Of a stretch of DNA of 64,000 nt, positions 37,101 through 49,700 are shown one piece after another. The stretch is from Acanthaster planci (lineage: Eukaryota): NCBI RefSeq assembly GCF_001949145.1, contig NW_019091355.1:2524646-2588645 (forward strand). Direction: 5' to 3'. The translations under genes were made by a program, and so were the position numbers. The notes below the pieces were generated by a model that saw only the letters and a list, made by a program, of their open reading frames with translations, was not told where the DNA came from and ran no database searches. Each line of letters starts with the position of its first letter. Position 1 is the stretch's first letter.

Positions 37101-40100
37101 AGTCATCTTGTTACACGTTTGATAGGGATTTTGTTCAAGACTGTGACTTATTTAACTTACATCCGGCATCCGTAGTGATGTGCCAAGACAGTCAATGACG
37201 TCCACAATGTGGTCCTTCTCTGGCCGGTCACTGTCCCAAACCAGGCCGATGGCCACTGCAGAAAGCATGGACAAACAAACGTATCAATAAAGTTGATCTC
37301 CAGCTATTTTTGTGTAAATTGTGTGGCAGGTAATTTGCAGTACTTATGCACTCTTGGAAATTTAAGCGTACGTATTTTACGTATCAATAAAGTTGATCTC
37401 CAGCTATTTTTGTGTAAATTGTGTGGCAGGTAATTTGCAGTACTTATGCACTCTTGGAAATTTAAGTGCAAGTTCTAAACTTAAAAAATCATAAACCAGA
37501 TGTAACAGGGACAGGAAAAAATTGGACCTTAAATTGATAGAATGAACCCAAATTACAAGGATGCGTTCGAGCGAGCTACTCACGTTAACACGAGTATACT
37601 CCTGAGCACCTGAACAGCTGGAGTACGACCCGAGGGTCAGCAAGAGTATACTCTCGCTTGAGGGAGAGTATACTCATATACCCGAGTGTAATGCGCAAGC
37701 ATCCTACCAGAGTAACCACGCGAACGCACCTCAAGATTCCAACTTACCAACATCGGGGCTATTCATCAGCACCCTTCTGATGTTGATCTTCCTTCCACAT
37801 TCACTCTAACAAAAAAAAAAACATGAACCTTCTCAATTAAACTTTCCTCCAGAAGTAAACGGGAAACAAGGCCAGCTTCACCCTGATAATCATACACAAA
37901 GTCTGTAGACTAATCCGGCAACTAGGATTACAAGCCGTTACTGTGATGGTACTATTCCAGCATGGAAGTTGTGTGTGTGATACTTCTTCAACGACCAGGC
38001 TGCTGTGACTAACAAATGCATCTACACCTCGAGTTCATGGAAGCGTGCATGAGCGTGGAGCCACTGCAGTAATGGTTTCTCATTAGATTAGTCTATAACC
38101 AAGTCCGGCATCCATCGCCACTTGGAAAAGTTACCTCGCAAGTTGATTTTTACAGTACACTTAACAAATGGCACAACATTTTTTCTCTGAAATGATAGGA
38201 ACTCTAGAAATACAGCACCAGTGGGGAAACTCTCTAACTACAATCTGTAGCAGACTTGTACATGTGGGTGTTGTACTTGGTAACTATTTCTGTTGAAAGT
38301 GAGAAATTACCAGCGCTGCCATTGGCCTTCATTTAGCGGATATAAATAAAGTTGTTCTTTACCTTCATATATTCTACACATGCTACAGAGAGAAGTATGA
38401 CCTACTCCATTAATCACTACTGTCTTTAGATAGGACCTTTCCTACCGGACAATCCCGGATATCTCCCAGAGCGCCAGCATTTCTCAACACGTGACCAAAG
38501 CAGACAGAATTACTCCAATGGTGTTTCTCCTTCAACTTCTTAGCTTCAGCGCTGTACACGTACGAGTACAAACAGCAAAACAAAGTCTGATCAGCCGTTG
38601 TCGAATCTTATATTTGGCTGGCCCTTGCTACACTGAACCTGCTTCAAAGTTCTCCGTTTGCTTTCTTAAGGTAAGTATTCACATTCCAAAGTTTTTTATC
38701 AAGCAGCTTTATCTAAATCAGACCGGCACAAGATCTTGCAGTACACTTGGTACTCAGGAAGTTCAGGTGGGACTCGACTACAGTTCTAAATAGTTAAGGG
38801 CATGGGCTTACCACAAGGCAGTACAGGACACGTAATGTACCATCTGAGTGAAGGGAAATGGTTCTGATGTAGCTCCGCACCTGCAAACACTCTGTAAATC
38901 ATATGACAATATGTGTTGTTTATGTAGGCTCCATGATGCCACAGAGGTTTTCAATTATAACCCCCTATTCATTGGGCCACGAGATTCTTTTTACCCTAAA
39001 CTTATGATTTTCCCCTCTTTTAATTTTGTTCCAAGTGATTTTTTTTAATTGACTGAAGAAAAGAACAACCGCTGTTTTTGAATAACTTCCTTTACTGGAG
39101 TTTTGAAATTGTCATTGTAATGATACTTGCCTTAAAAATTTGCCAACAAATGAGACCTAAGATGATTCAAACACATATGCATCTACCGTCACACTTCCTA
39201 AAATGTTCTTATAATTTCCAGTACCCAAACTTCTTGAAATTACTTTGGAAAAGTAAAATGACATTGCTTTTTAATCCCAGTGTTAATCTACTCAAAGTAC
39301 AAGTTGAAAGAGTGGAGTGCATTATCTGTTGACTATACATACATGCTCAATGAGGGTCATAGCAAACTTGCGATGTGGGATGCAGTATTTGGCGTCACAC
39401 AAATCCTCCTTGATGTCACGGGCAAGATGGAAGTGAATACGAGTCAAGATATTCTCCTGGGCAGGAAAAAAGCATCAATACAAGTAGAAATGGGTATTAG
39501 GCCAAATTGCCCCCCCAAAAAAGCATTTCCAGTTACGTGACTCAACCTTTTGTAATATCCATGTCAATTCAGCATATTTTATGAACTGCTTTTCATTAAT
39601 TTGATGAAATTTGGCTTAGTCATTGCCTGCTGTATCCAAAAGAACTACTTATACAAAATTTTTTTTCCAGATTAAAAATGGTACAGTGGCTGTTACCCAC
39701 AAAGAGGCCTAACTGTTCGCTTACAGTGAAGCCGTGTTTCAACAATACATCAAGATAAATCTGAAAACAGATACAAAGTACAAACTGTTTTGTAATCATC
39801 TGGTCAGGAAACTCCATCCTGTCTGAATGTGAGTCCTTGATTTACTCACAAATAATTCAGAAGGGAGTAGCTATGTTAAAAATGGTAACTTGGATGATCC
39901 ATATTTTCTGAGGTTTTGACCAAGCTCCTGACGAACACATACCATCACTCTCAGTAACACAGCCCACAGTCTACCTGCTCTCACCTGCTCACAAGTACAC
40001 GCAGCACAATACAAAGAAAGGTCAGTCAAAGTTGATGGTCTCTGAAACTTTGCCATCCATGCTGCTGAAACATTTGGCTTTGGGAAATGCAGCACAATAC

Positions 40101-41337
40101 CTTGGTCCTGCATTGCAAATGTACTCACAAAGCACTCCGCAGCATCGTCCATACAGCCGAGCTGGAAGCGATGTTCATCTTGAAATGCTACTGCCAGGGC
40201 CTTCCTGAGAGCATCAGGTGGTAGAGACTGCCGCTCACTGTACCGCAACTGAGTGAATAAGACCTTGAAGGGAAAACAGCACATCAACAAAGTCGTGAAC
40301 AGCATCCAAAGGGCTGCGTCCTGTGATTCTTTTGTCTAGTTCATGGAAACAGTCAACAACATGACATAGTATGTCAAAATCTGGCACATTTGGGTAAGAG
40401 GTTAATTATGAGTTAGTGCAGTACTGGTGGAATATAGGGCCATTTCAAATGTCACTTTAGGCTTAAATTTGACAATCTGTGAAGTTGTCTAACTTAAAAT
40501 CTGGAACATCCTGATGAAAATGGACATTCTGAGAGTGGAAAATATTGAGGGTTCCTACTGATTTCCATTAGGCAAGATTCAAAAGACGTTCGACTCAAAA
40601 GTGGCTCTGGAAACTTACGACTCTCTTTCCTAGGTTGGGTCACAGTTGAGCTGTTGGTGGAACCGATCACCTCCAGCACACATGCTAACTGTTGCTTGAC
40701 ACTTGGGTCAGTCTGTTCCACTACAAGTATTTCAGAATTCACAGCTTCTTACCTTCAACGCACAGAAGATGCAGGCATTACCCATGCAGGCATGTCCACC
40801 CATTTGCCGAAAACTCCTTCGAAATACATCTAGATGCCACAGTACCTACAATGAGAGGAACAATGTCCACATTGTACATAATAAACATCCTGTACATGAC
40901 ATTTCAAGAGCCGTGCACACCACGTTTAATAAGGGACACCTGTTAATTCCAGGGACATTTTAGCAAGGAGAGGGTTCAGTACCTTGGTGGAACAAGTTTA
41001 AAATGTAAGGTAAACCTTCTGGTGTCCATGCTACTCAAAATTTGTGACTGTGGAATCCTTTCCAACTTTTGTTACAGCGGCAGTACTTATACGTACATCA
41101 ATGCCGTAGATGTGCAATTTAATGCAAGAAGTCTGTTTAATTTGGCACACCTGTACTCACTACTACCTCGTTTTGTAACATACACACCTGTACGGCACTG
41201 TTGAGGAAACAATTGTTCTCTCCCGGCGCATTCAGCAATCCCTTAGAGAATATGATGGAACTGGTGTTCCTCGGTTGCCATACACGAGATGCTGTTTGTC
41301 TGCTCCGACTGGCTAGACTCTGATACAAGCTAGCCAT
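27779..41337 (-). CDS. USP54: USP53/USP54-family ubiquitin-specific peptidase (USP54-like; Drosophila echinus family), about 1394 aa
   Basis: 15 exons join in frame (4185 nt incl. stop): 41337-41188, 40845-40753, 40263-40129, 39456-39343, 38891-38812, 38551-38446, 37805-37748, 37255-37161, 36437-36288, 35831-35669, 35273-33543, 33131-32960, 32217-31478, 28954-28902, 28123-27779. Motifs [86 protein letters not shown] (MIT-like). Confidence 0.93.
28902..28954 (-). CDS. USP54: USP54-like small exon ([18 protein letters not shown])
   Basis: polypyrimidine-ctacag acceptor, CCG|gtatgt donor; supplies the phase 1-to-0 shift needed to reach the last exon. Confidence 0.7.
29113..29151. other. Assembly gap (39 N)
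   Basis: run of n. Confidence 1.
30096..30146. mobile_element. 51-bp piggyBac-like mini element / hairpin
   Basis: TTAA-CCCT...AGGG-TTAA; 25-bp inverted arms (including flanks) with 3 mismatches. Confidence 0.6.
31478..32217 (-). CDS. USP54: USP54-like exon containing a 14-aa tandem repeat
   Basis: cacag acceptor, G|gtgaga donor, open frame, phase 2-1. Confidence 0.85.
31515..31796 (-). repeat. Coding minisatellite, 42-nt / 14-aa unit, about 6.7 copies
   Basis: [14 protein letters not shown] / [14 protein letters not shown] / [14 protein letters not shown] / [14 protein letters not shown] / [14 protein letters not shown] / [14 protein letters not shown] / [10 protein letters not shown]; unit starts 42 nt apart. 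Confidence 0.9.
32960..33131 (-). CDS. USP54: USP54-like exon ([10 protein letters not shown]...[11 protein letters not shown]-like)
   Basis: tttcag acceptor, AG|gtgagc donor, phase 1-2; absent from the ORF track. Confidence 0.88.
33543..35273 (-). CDS. USP54: USP54-like large exon (low-complexity region, [13 protein letters not shown] motif, start of MIT-like helix)
   Basis: 1731-nt open frame, cacag acceptor, G|gtgagt donor, phase 1-1. Confidence 0.93.
35669..35831 (-). CDS. USP54: USP54-like exon ([27 protein letters not shown]...)
   Basis: gaag acceptor, G|gtactc donor; end of the USP domain. Confidence 0.9.
36288..36437 (-). CDS. USP54: USP54-like exon (His box; [10 protein letters not shown]...[11 protein letters not shown])
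   Basis: ttttcag acceptor, CAG|gtaaca donor. Confidence 0.96.
37161..37255 (-). CDS. USP54: USP54-like exon ([31 protein letters not shown])
   Basis: ctgcag acceptor, GAT|gtaagt donor. Confidence 0.94.
37279..37466. repeat. Perfect 88-bp direct duplication with 100-bp period
   Basis: 37279-37366 is identical to 37379-37466. Confidence 0.92.
37559..37731. mobile_element. PIF/Harbinger-like MITE
   Basis: GGATGCGTTCG...CGAACGCACCT termini, CAA on both flanks, three internal GAGTATACTC palindromes. Confidence 0.55.
37748..37805 (-). CDS. USP54: USP54-like exon ([19 protein letters not shown])
   Basis: polyT-gttag acceptor, G|gtaagt donor. Confidence 0.93.
38446..38551 (-). CDS. USP54: USP54-like exon (AEAKKLK...[18 protein letters not shown])
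   Basis: tacag acceptor, CCG|gtagga donor; phase consistent. Confidence 0.92.
38812..38891 (-). CDS. USP54: USP54-like exon ([26 protein letters not shown])
   Basis: tacag acceptor, TG|gtaagc donor. Confidence 0.94.
39343..39456 (-). CDS. USP54: USP54-like exon ([10 protein letters not shown]...[14 protein letters not shown])
   Basis: cccag acceptor, CAT|gtatgt donor. Confidence 0.95.
40129..40263 (-). CDS. USP54: USP54-like exon (VLFTQLRYS...[14 protein letters not shown])
   Basis: aag acceptor, TTT|gtgagt donor. Confidence 0.95.
40753..40845 (-). CDS. USP54: USP54-like exon ([31 protein letters not shown])
   Basis: tgtag acceptor, AAG|gtaaga donor. Confidence 0.95.
41188..41337 (-). CDS. 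USP54: USP54-like exon 1 (Cys box; MASLYQ...[10 protein letters not shown])
   Basis: ATG preceded by acceptor catcag ending at 41350; CAG|gtgtgt donor. Confidence 0.93.
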
Positions 41338-42559
41338 TGTGAATTAACCCTGATGGTTAAAAAACGAAGAGAATTTCCCAATGAATGAAGATTTTAACCA
41401 TTCTCTCTCACCAACTGAAAGGAAGTTTTTATTTTCAGAAACTTGGTTTTTCAATCAACTGAATAGAAAAATCTAACAAAGTTCACACCTCTGGTTCTAC
41501 AAGTCGATAGTTTTGAAAAGTAAAGTCCAACGTTTCCAACAAGATCAACTGACGGCCAATCGTTCTGATCTACCAATCGCACCCAATACACAGGTTGGGG
41601 TTGGCATTCATAGTCAACTTTGAGAGGGTATGCTTCAGTACAGTCAGCGCAAACAATGCATGCAGGCTACACCTGACACTGGCCTATCCAGTTCATAGAA
41701 CAGACTCTTTCGGACAAGTCTCGTAGTCATAGGGTTTGTGCACGTGTCAAGTGATGTCCGTGCATGGAATTCTTTCCAAGCTGTGTCCTGGCGGTAGCAT
41801 AGGTCGTGGACACAGTTGGGGCAGTGACACAAGGTGTCAACGGGTGTAACGAGCATACCTAACAACTGACCTCCAATGCTCCAAGCCACCGCACAGTCAT
41901 ACGGAAATTGAAGCGAAGTTTTATTGTCCAAAAATTGTTCAAATAGGAGACACAAATGAACTTCTAGGAACTCAAAATATATCAGGGTGTACTTACAAAC
42001 AACAGAACACGTAAAAAGAGTAAGATAAATGACATCGGATGATAATAAAGACCGATACAGCACTGACGGAACGTTGGGAAGATTTATCTACAGTTGAGTT
42101 ACCAGCGTTCACATGATGTCGACGATCACCATAGTATGCGAGTAATTTATGCGTGACATGCATTTGACACACAACAATCAACGCTAATACTACCGGTATG
42201 GTGGGTCTGAATTGACATCAGTCCAGAAAAAAATCATTTCACGGCATCGCAAAATTCATGTCCACAAAGTCCTGAAATCAATTCCCCCCTGTACATTTAT
42301 GGAAGATGCAGAGTAGTAATCTGTTTTTCTTTCACCAAAATAGAATTTTCTCTGCCTTTCTTTTACCAAGAATTATTAATATAATTTTGGGGGGCAAAAC
42401 GTATTTTTTTCTTTTTAGTTCGTAAATTGTTGGTTAATCTTTTACAGTAGTTCCTACCCAGTACTCCTATGATAAAATAAACGAAAGGTATCTTTTGTCA
42501 GGACTGGCAGCCTATTGAAAGTGAAGAATCCCTCTTTTTTTTTTTCTTCCTTTCTTTTA

Positions 42560-43320
42560 TTGGTGATCGTTTTATGCCAGCCGTTCGAGTCGTTCACCGA
42601 TGATCAATTAAAATGGTCAGCTGTTTTTCACATACAGAAGGGGGAATTTTTGTCAGTTTAAAGTCGGCTTTCCATCAAATAAATACCAAGGCACGCCAAC
42701 CCTTTCACGCGGAGGGGAGGGGAGTTGTGCTCTCAAAACATCATCTGATCGCTGATGGGATGAAGTGAAAACGTGTGACTGCGAATTTCAACGACGCCCT
42801 CTCGCAACCATAGAGTATCAAAAACAACAGGGAGGAAGAGTAAAACGCCTTGAGAAAAGACTACATAAATAATATGTACGTACTTCACCGCACTATCAGT
42901 GGTTAAGGTTATGTACAACATGGAATACGCCGTCATTTTGTTGTGGGGATTACCGATAACGGACATCGGTCACAAAATTGCATGTAATGAATAGGTACCA
43001 GGCAACTTTACCGCAGTCGAACTGAGTGATAAATTGTAAGTAATCTTAGCCTTTATTAGACCTTTTGAAGTGAAATTTTACAGAATAGAAAGGAATATAC
43101 ACGTAGAAAGAAATTGCTTTTGACATGTTTGAGTGACGTGTTGCCAACAGACGTCCATCCAGCTGCAGGCAGTGTTTGTGTTGTGTTCATTACAGCAAAC
43201 ACCATCAATCGCAATACACGTACATGTGTAGACCTATGCAAACTTGACCCAGAAGCCCGGGAAGTTAAACTTGCACTGTGATTGAATTCCGAGGTCCGGG
43301 CCTTTCTTCCTTAGATTACA
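42560..43320. promoter_or_regulatory. Putative divergent promoter region for USP54-like (-) and RASSF (+)
   Basis: CpG-richer patch between head-to-head genes; YY1-like GCCGTCATTTTG 42929-42940; + donor GTAAGT at 43036; both ATG exons are preceded by acceptors, implying non-coding first exons. Confidence 0.35.
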
Positions 43321-43701
43321 GGGACAGATCAGATGTAATCATGGTATGGCTGAATGGAGGTTATAATAATTATGTACAGTGAATAACACACACTGCAGCA
43401 GACTCTCTACAAGTACAATTGAACAAACAACTTTCTCGGCACTCAGGCTAACTGCCTTTTTATTTCCTGGTACAGGTAGGCCTAGCCTACATAGTACATG
43501 TACATGTAACGTGCATGACCGTGTAGTCACCAGGTTCCCTAATTTCGCCACCTACTGTCAAGTCTCATTGGTTTTCACAGTATGTCGCGAAATAAGACTC
43601 CTGAAGACTATATACACCATCACACATGTTAGTCCTAGTGTTTGTATTTTTCATTCCTCCAAGGTTAGTTTCACAGCCATACATGTTTGCGCCATCTTGT
43701 C

Positions 43702-43953
43702 ATCCACTCCGAGTGGAACAAATGAGGGCGTGTTTTTTTGGGGTACTCACTGCATAGGCACGCCATGAGACGTGCAGGTATATGCACGTTTGACACGGAG
43801 CACTCTGAGTTCACGTAACTAATTTAATTCGGCTTGTATGGTCTTTGCGTACACGCATAACGCTTGTAAGAACCCGCTTGTAACCAGGTCTGTCTGTCTT
43901 TTGCCGATTGGGGGTGCACTTCAGCTTGGGTTGGATAGAGGCAAAAAGAACAT
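43702..43953 (+). repeat. Dispersed repeat, copy 2 (CpG-decayed)
   Basis: Aligns with 4044-4288 with many CG>TG/CA changes. Confidence 0.85.
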
Positions 43954-46659
43954 GAGTTACTAAATGCAAGCGCATATTGGAATGAACACAAAATATTTGG
44001 AAGCACGAAAGTATTGGATTGGCATCTATGCTCAGCACTCCTGGCATGACGTCATTATGCCATCTTTTAACACACTGCAAAAGGCCGTTTACCCGGCCCA
44101 TCATGCTGTTCGATGGCACCAAACTTCCCGCATGTCCAACCATGAGCATGTGTGTTCTTTTTAGGCTGAGCATGAAAGCGCCCAGGCCTCCATGTATTAC
44201 CATGAAAACGCTTATTTCCCATGTCCTGATATTGAATGAACACCTGTGTGGTGTAAGCTTCATTTCAGAGCTTCAATTCAAGAGGAAACGTCATGAGTAT
44301 TAAATTTCATTGAAATCCCGGTACCCAAGCAATCACCATAGTGATTTCCTGATTTTTAATTTGGGAATAAATGCGCTTGTCCAGTCGTATACTTTAGTTT
44401 ACCGTGACCAGCCAGGCACATACATTTTCCCAATCATAAACACCTTTTTGAGTCGGTCAAAACAAGTCTTAAAATGACAAATTTCTGACCCATTTTGTTC
44501 AATAATTTTACTTCATGTTTTTAAACACTCCATTGGCCATGTACAGACATCAAACACAATCAGGTGATTGCCCAACTGTGTCCAATTGTTGTAAAGAAAA
44601 GAGGATTTAGGAGAGGGGAAAAATGGCAGATTGTAAGAAGAAACATGGACAAGAGGGAAATGGAAGAGTATACTGATTTTGTTACTTTGTTAGATTAGCA
44701 TTTTCACTGTCGTGATAGGCTTCTTTTTATTTCTGGTCATAAAATGAAGGCCCCCCAAAGTGCTAAGCCCTTGAGAAACCAGTACAAAGAGATAACAAGG
44801 AAGATTTTTATTTTCAGTTTCGCGTGTACTTGGTTGAATGGAGTCGGGCAGAGAGATGTGCCTGACATCCTAGGTACTGGAAAACAATCAAGCTGTTGAC
44901 CCAGGCAGGATTTGAACCCAGGTCACAGAGATTAATGAGCAGTAGTTATTACCAGTATGATGTAAGTTTATTGATTTGATCAAAACTGCAAACAGATTTC
45001 GCACATACATGTATAGAAATGACAGACAGAACTGATAGCGTGAAACTGTCCATGTATTCACATTGCAAAATGTTAGTAGACTAGTGTTGACTTCCCTTGA
45101 CTCATTATAAATGTACTGTACTGTACTTTGTGCCTTCCTTCCTTCAAAGGTCACATGGGTGCATGCGAGTGTAATGTACATGTACATCATGGTTGTATAT
45201 TAGACTGGGACCTACATGTACATGTAGTGACTAGATTGTCCAAGGACACAAGTTGTGTGTCATATAGAAATGATTCATTTGTTCAGAACTCAATGTGGCT
45301 GTTTTAGCCATGTGACCTTATTATGACATGTTTGGATTTATTTTCTTAATTATCCTGACCTTGTTGCAACGAAATCAAGTTTGGCCAAGAGAAATGTTGG
45401 CTCTAAAATACTGAGGTCCTCTTCCCACATCTAACCATGCACAAAACTCAGTTTCAGATTCTGTTAGTTTGTTCTTTTTTTTTCAACACCCAAATTAACT
45501 TTACTCCTTCGTAAATTTTTCTTTTCTTTTTTTGAATGCATCAAACATCTAAACCTAAAGTTATTGCTTTAAAAATAGCAATTGTAGCCAGTGCACAGCC
45601 AGGACTTTTTTCCCATCATAAAATAGAATTTTAAGCCCAATTAACTCATTTTCTCTGTCCTAGTTTTGCTGACGTTGGCACAGTTTTTCTTCAAATTTCT
45701 GTCTTGCCCCAGTGTGCCTCTCTGCCTTCCCAGCTACTGGTTTCAATGGTTGAATACATTGCGTGTACAAATACATGTACATGTACTGTTTGTTTATACA
45801 CTTTCATTTTGTACATCTTAAAGAAATTTGCAAAGAAGCACATATTATATTCCAGACTGTACTGGATTGCTTCTGGCTCATAATCAGTCCTTTCGCCAGC
45901 AGTATGCTCCGGCAGAGCAAGACAAGCTGGGCAATGCACATCACAGCATAATTCAACAGGACTGGATGGGTGGCCTAGATTGGTATTACCACAGGATGTT
46001 GACCTGCCTTGTATTGTGAGAGGCCGGCCCAACGCGGCTTAGTTGTGGCTTACACAACACCAGGGAAGTGGTCTAGTTCCAAGTGCTACCGCACCGCCAC
46101 ACGGATATGTGACAAATGCTTGACCGACAGCGACTAATTTTTTTTTCCAAGTAACAACTGTAGTCTCGAACCACGTCGAGAAAGTTCGGAGCTTGCCCAA
46201 TGCATTTTGTCTAGGGGGAAAACCAACGTGGTGACATTACACTCATTTGCTCCACAGTGTCTGGCCTGAATTTGCCTTCTGCAGGTTACATGCAGTTCCA
46301 ACGATGTAGGTAAACTGTTTTTCCCCCATGACAGCTGTTGATCTGTCCAGCATCAGCATAATTCCAGCCTCACTAATGACACTGTTGCTTAAAATCACAT
46401 TGACTTTATAATCCAAGGAAAAGAATACTTTTCAGAAACTTTTAGGCTCCCCATTGAATGAAATGCACGTATTTTGTGTGTACATGTACATGTGACATGC
46501 ACAGTACACTGTACTTTGTAGCACAAGTCGCATTGTAGGGGTGAGTTTTAAAAATTCTAGTCTGTGGTGAAATTTTCCCCGGATTTGCTTGCTGCCAGAT
46601 AGTTGCAGCTGATGTTTATGTTTTCCTGGATGTCAACGTGCCTACCATACTGAAGCCCT

Positions 46660-46718
46660 ATGGATTCCCAAGATCTGCAGGAACACCAAGATCGGTTCTA
46701 CAGAACCATCATTCAAAG
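46660..46718 (+). CDS. RASSF first coding exon (MDSQDLQEHQDRFYRTIIQ)
   Basis: ATG and AG|gtttgt donor; phase 2 matches the next exon; no homology support. Confidence 0.6.
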
Positions 46719-49700
46719 GTTTGTACATTTCCTCATCGGTCTTTACATGAATAAACTCATTGTACTGAAAGTAAAAGTCCTGTATATGTGTCTTACATGT
46801 TACGTAAACACTGGACAATCAAGTGTTGACGTTTTCACCAGTTGTGCTTGCTGCACAGCTTCAATTTCTAGTGGATCGAACGTTCCATTGTTTAGATATT
46901 AATTTGTGGCTCTTTTGTTTTCTTTTGCACCCCTGACTAGAGTTCCACTTTTACTTCCACTTTGCAGTGTTTGCTGGTTTCTATTGTAATTGAATGATAT
47001 CATTTGTCATTTCAGTGGAACGTTCATGTCCCAGTTGAAAACATTCAACATGCATCTGAGTGACAGCAAGACCAACCAGGAACTGGAAGTCATTCAGGTG
47101 AGCAGGTTCCCAATGACCATTGCGGAAGAACGTCATGTACGTACAGCCCAAGACATATCCAGCCACCAGAGTAAGCCTTTTGGGAGTTAAATTTGAACAA
47201 AATCTGGTACCCTGATTTAGCTGTAAATCTGATTGCACATAAACATACCAATTTGAATTCCCCAGGCTAATGCTGTTGCTATACCTCGGGATTCAGAGTA
47301 ACCTTTTGCATAGCGACCACCGTCCCTGGAATGGACTGGTTCCTTTGTGCCCTTCTTATCCATTGAAAAAATAATGTGTATTGAGGCAAGCTGTCTCTTA
47401 TGTACATGTACATTATACCGAGGAAAAGCTTGCCCCAAATCATGAGGTATACCAGTAGTGTCTTCAGTACGGAGAATTCAAATTGGTATGTTCAGGTGAA
47501 TTTAAAAAACTCGGACACCAGATTTTATTCAAACTTAACCTGCAAAAGGTTTATGAGATGACTTTACTGTGGTGGTAAGGTAGTGACAGCACTAAGGTGA
47601 AGCCTGTGCTCCCCTCCCTGTTTTGTCATAGCGACTCTAGCTGGAAGCAGATTCACTTTCTCTTGTAGCTAAGACTGCATGGGGACAGGACTTCTACTGA
47701 GGAGAGGGGGGTACGTGACCTTCCCCAACCAGTCAGTAGTTATGCCACTGTGCAGTAGTTCCATGCTTATGTACAGGAGGAGGTCGAAAAATTACATGTA
47801 CCACATCAATGCAGTCAACAATTGTTTTGTTACATCCTCGCAGGGCAAGAAATGAAATAAATCCCGGCGTCAACCTCTGATAACTGCAGGCTTTCCTGTT
47901 GGATAAGCAGTTGTCGTTCCCAGTCTCAAGTGTGCATGCGGGCTTGGCTTGTGCTTACAACATGAAGTGTTTTATGAGGTTGACCCGTGAAACATGATTT
48001 TTTTTTACATCAGCCAGGTGATACATTCTCCACCAACGAAATTACAGTATCCAAGCACATGATGTGACAAAAATTGTCTAATGCCCCTCCATGCAGGGTT
48101 GGGAAACCTTGTTGAGCACTTGGCTTTTAATGTTGTGGTTTTTGCAGGAGAATGGAATGCCTGTTCTGTTTGGCATGCTCAAGATTTACTGGGGAACGCA
48201 AAAAGTGATTCGCCTGAAACAGGAAGAGCTGAGCTGGAAACGCCGAAGCACGCGCGTCGTGTTCGAAAATGGCCTGGACGAGCATCTCCTTAGCATCCTG
48301 AAGAGTGGTGGCGAGAATAAAGGCTCCGTCACAAAGCCATCAGATCACAAGGAATCAGATAGTCGGAGCAGTGAGGATCAGAAGCCGTCTGGCCAGACGC
48401 ACACTGACAGGAGCTCGGAGCAGACGGGAGCGGGGGCCGACAACGGAGCAGATGAGGAGGGCGCTGAGGAAGACAGAGATACGTTGGGGGAGAAAGTAGT
48501 AATGAGGGCTGGCCAGACGTCCACCGTGCCACGAAGGTGCAACCTGCAGAGGAGGACGATGTCATTCAGCGGCCATCTCTACAACAGTAAGGTGAGTATC
48601 GTTGGTCTGCATTTGTGCTAAATGGTGTGAGTAGGTTCCAGTGTCATACATCGTGAGACTGGGATCAGAATGTTGCGTTCAAGTTCAGTACTGACTTAAA
48701 TAAGAAACCACTCCAAAATCAGACAGAGCTGATCGGATCATATGCAGCAAGGTATGAGNNNNNNNNNNNNAGATTGGATTGGGCTTGTCTCTCTAGTAGG
48801 TGCCATCTTATTAGCTCACTGTATCCAGAGAGTCATAATTTCTTGATAGGGATTTTATTCACAACATGTAGGTGAACATTCATGCACACTTTATCTGCAT
48901 GTACATGAACCTGGTCATTTGTTTGTTTCACTGTGCATGTAGTTTAGAAAACTTGGAAAAAAAATGTATTTTTCTCCTATTGTGGACACTTCTTAAAATG
49001 ACTATGATGTCCATGACTCTTCCCTGTTTTTTTGTCTCAGATAACTTTAATCCCAAAACACCCCTCTGAAAAAGTGTCCATCAGAGATTGAGAATCACTG
49101 TGTGGACCATGGCAAGTTCATAGAGGTTTTTTGAGACCCTACAAATTGTAGATCTCTTGTCCTCAGGTCCATAAAGGGTGTGTAAATCAAACTCACTTGT
49201 ACATGTACATAAACTGATCTGCCACTTGTCTCCTCTCAGACTGCAGCATTCAGGCCCAAGTACGGAACCGTGTCCAACGTGAGGGTGTCCAGCAGGCAGA
49301 CAACATACGAAGTCATCGCCTTACTGCTAAAGAAGTTTGCCGTGGAGAACAGACTGGACGAGTTCAACCTGTACTCTGTCTTGCATAACGGAGGTCGGTA
49401 CCCTTTCATCAAACTCTGAAAGATTTGTCCATCACATCCTGTCATAAATTTCAGATTAGTAAAACTGTCTTTTAAGAAAACTTCCCAAAGGCTTGCCGTC
49501 TCAGCCGCCTCCTCCCTTACCCAACCTGTGGATTATTCTGAAGTTTCAACAAAGTCTAAGTGTCTGCATCCTAACAGCTTTTTCATTCCTTTTCAGATGC
49601 GTACAAATACGTCACTGTGGTATTTCAGGTGCAAGAAGGCCATCGGCTTGGATGTGCTGTGCACCATTCATTCCCACCCACATACATGTACTTATTCTTC

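Noticed and set aside
41644..42063. 139-aa - strand ORF upstream of the USP54-like start
   Set aside because: No recognisable homology and non-ATG start; more likely 5' UTR or intron.
44890..44960. tRNA gene (- strand B-box GGTTCAAATCC)
   Set aside because: No cloverleaf or convincing A box; at most a SINE remnant.
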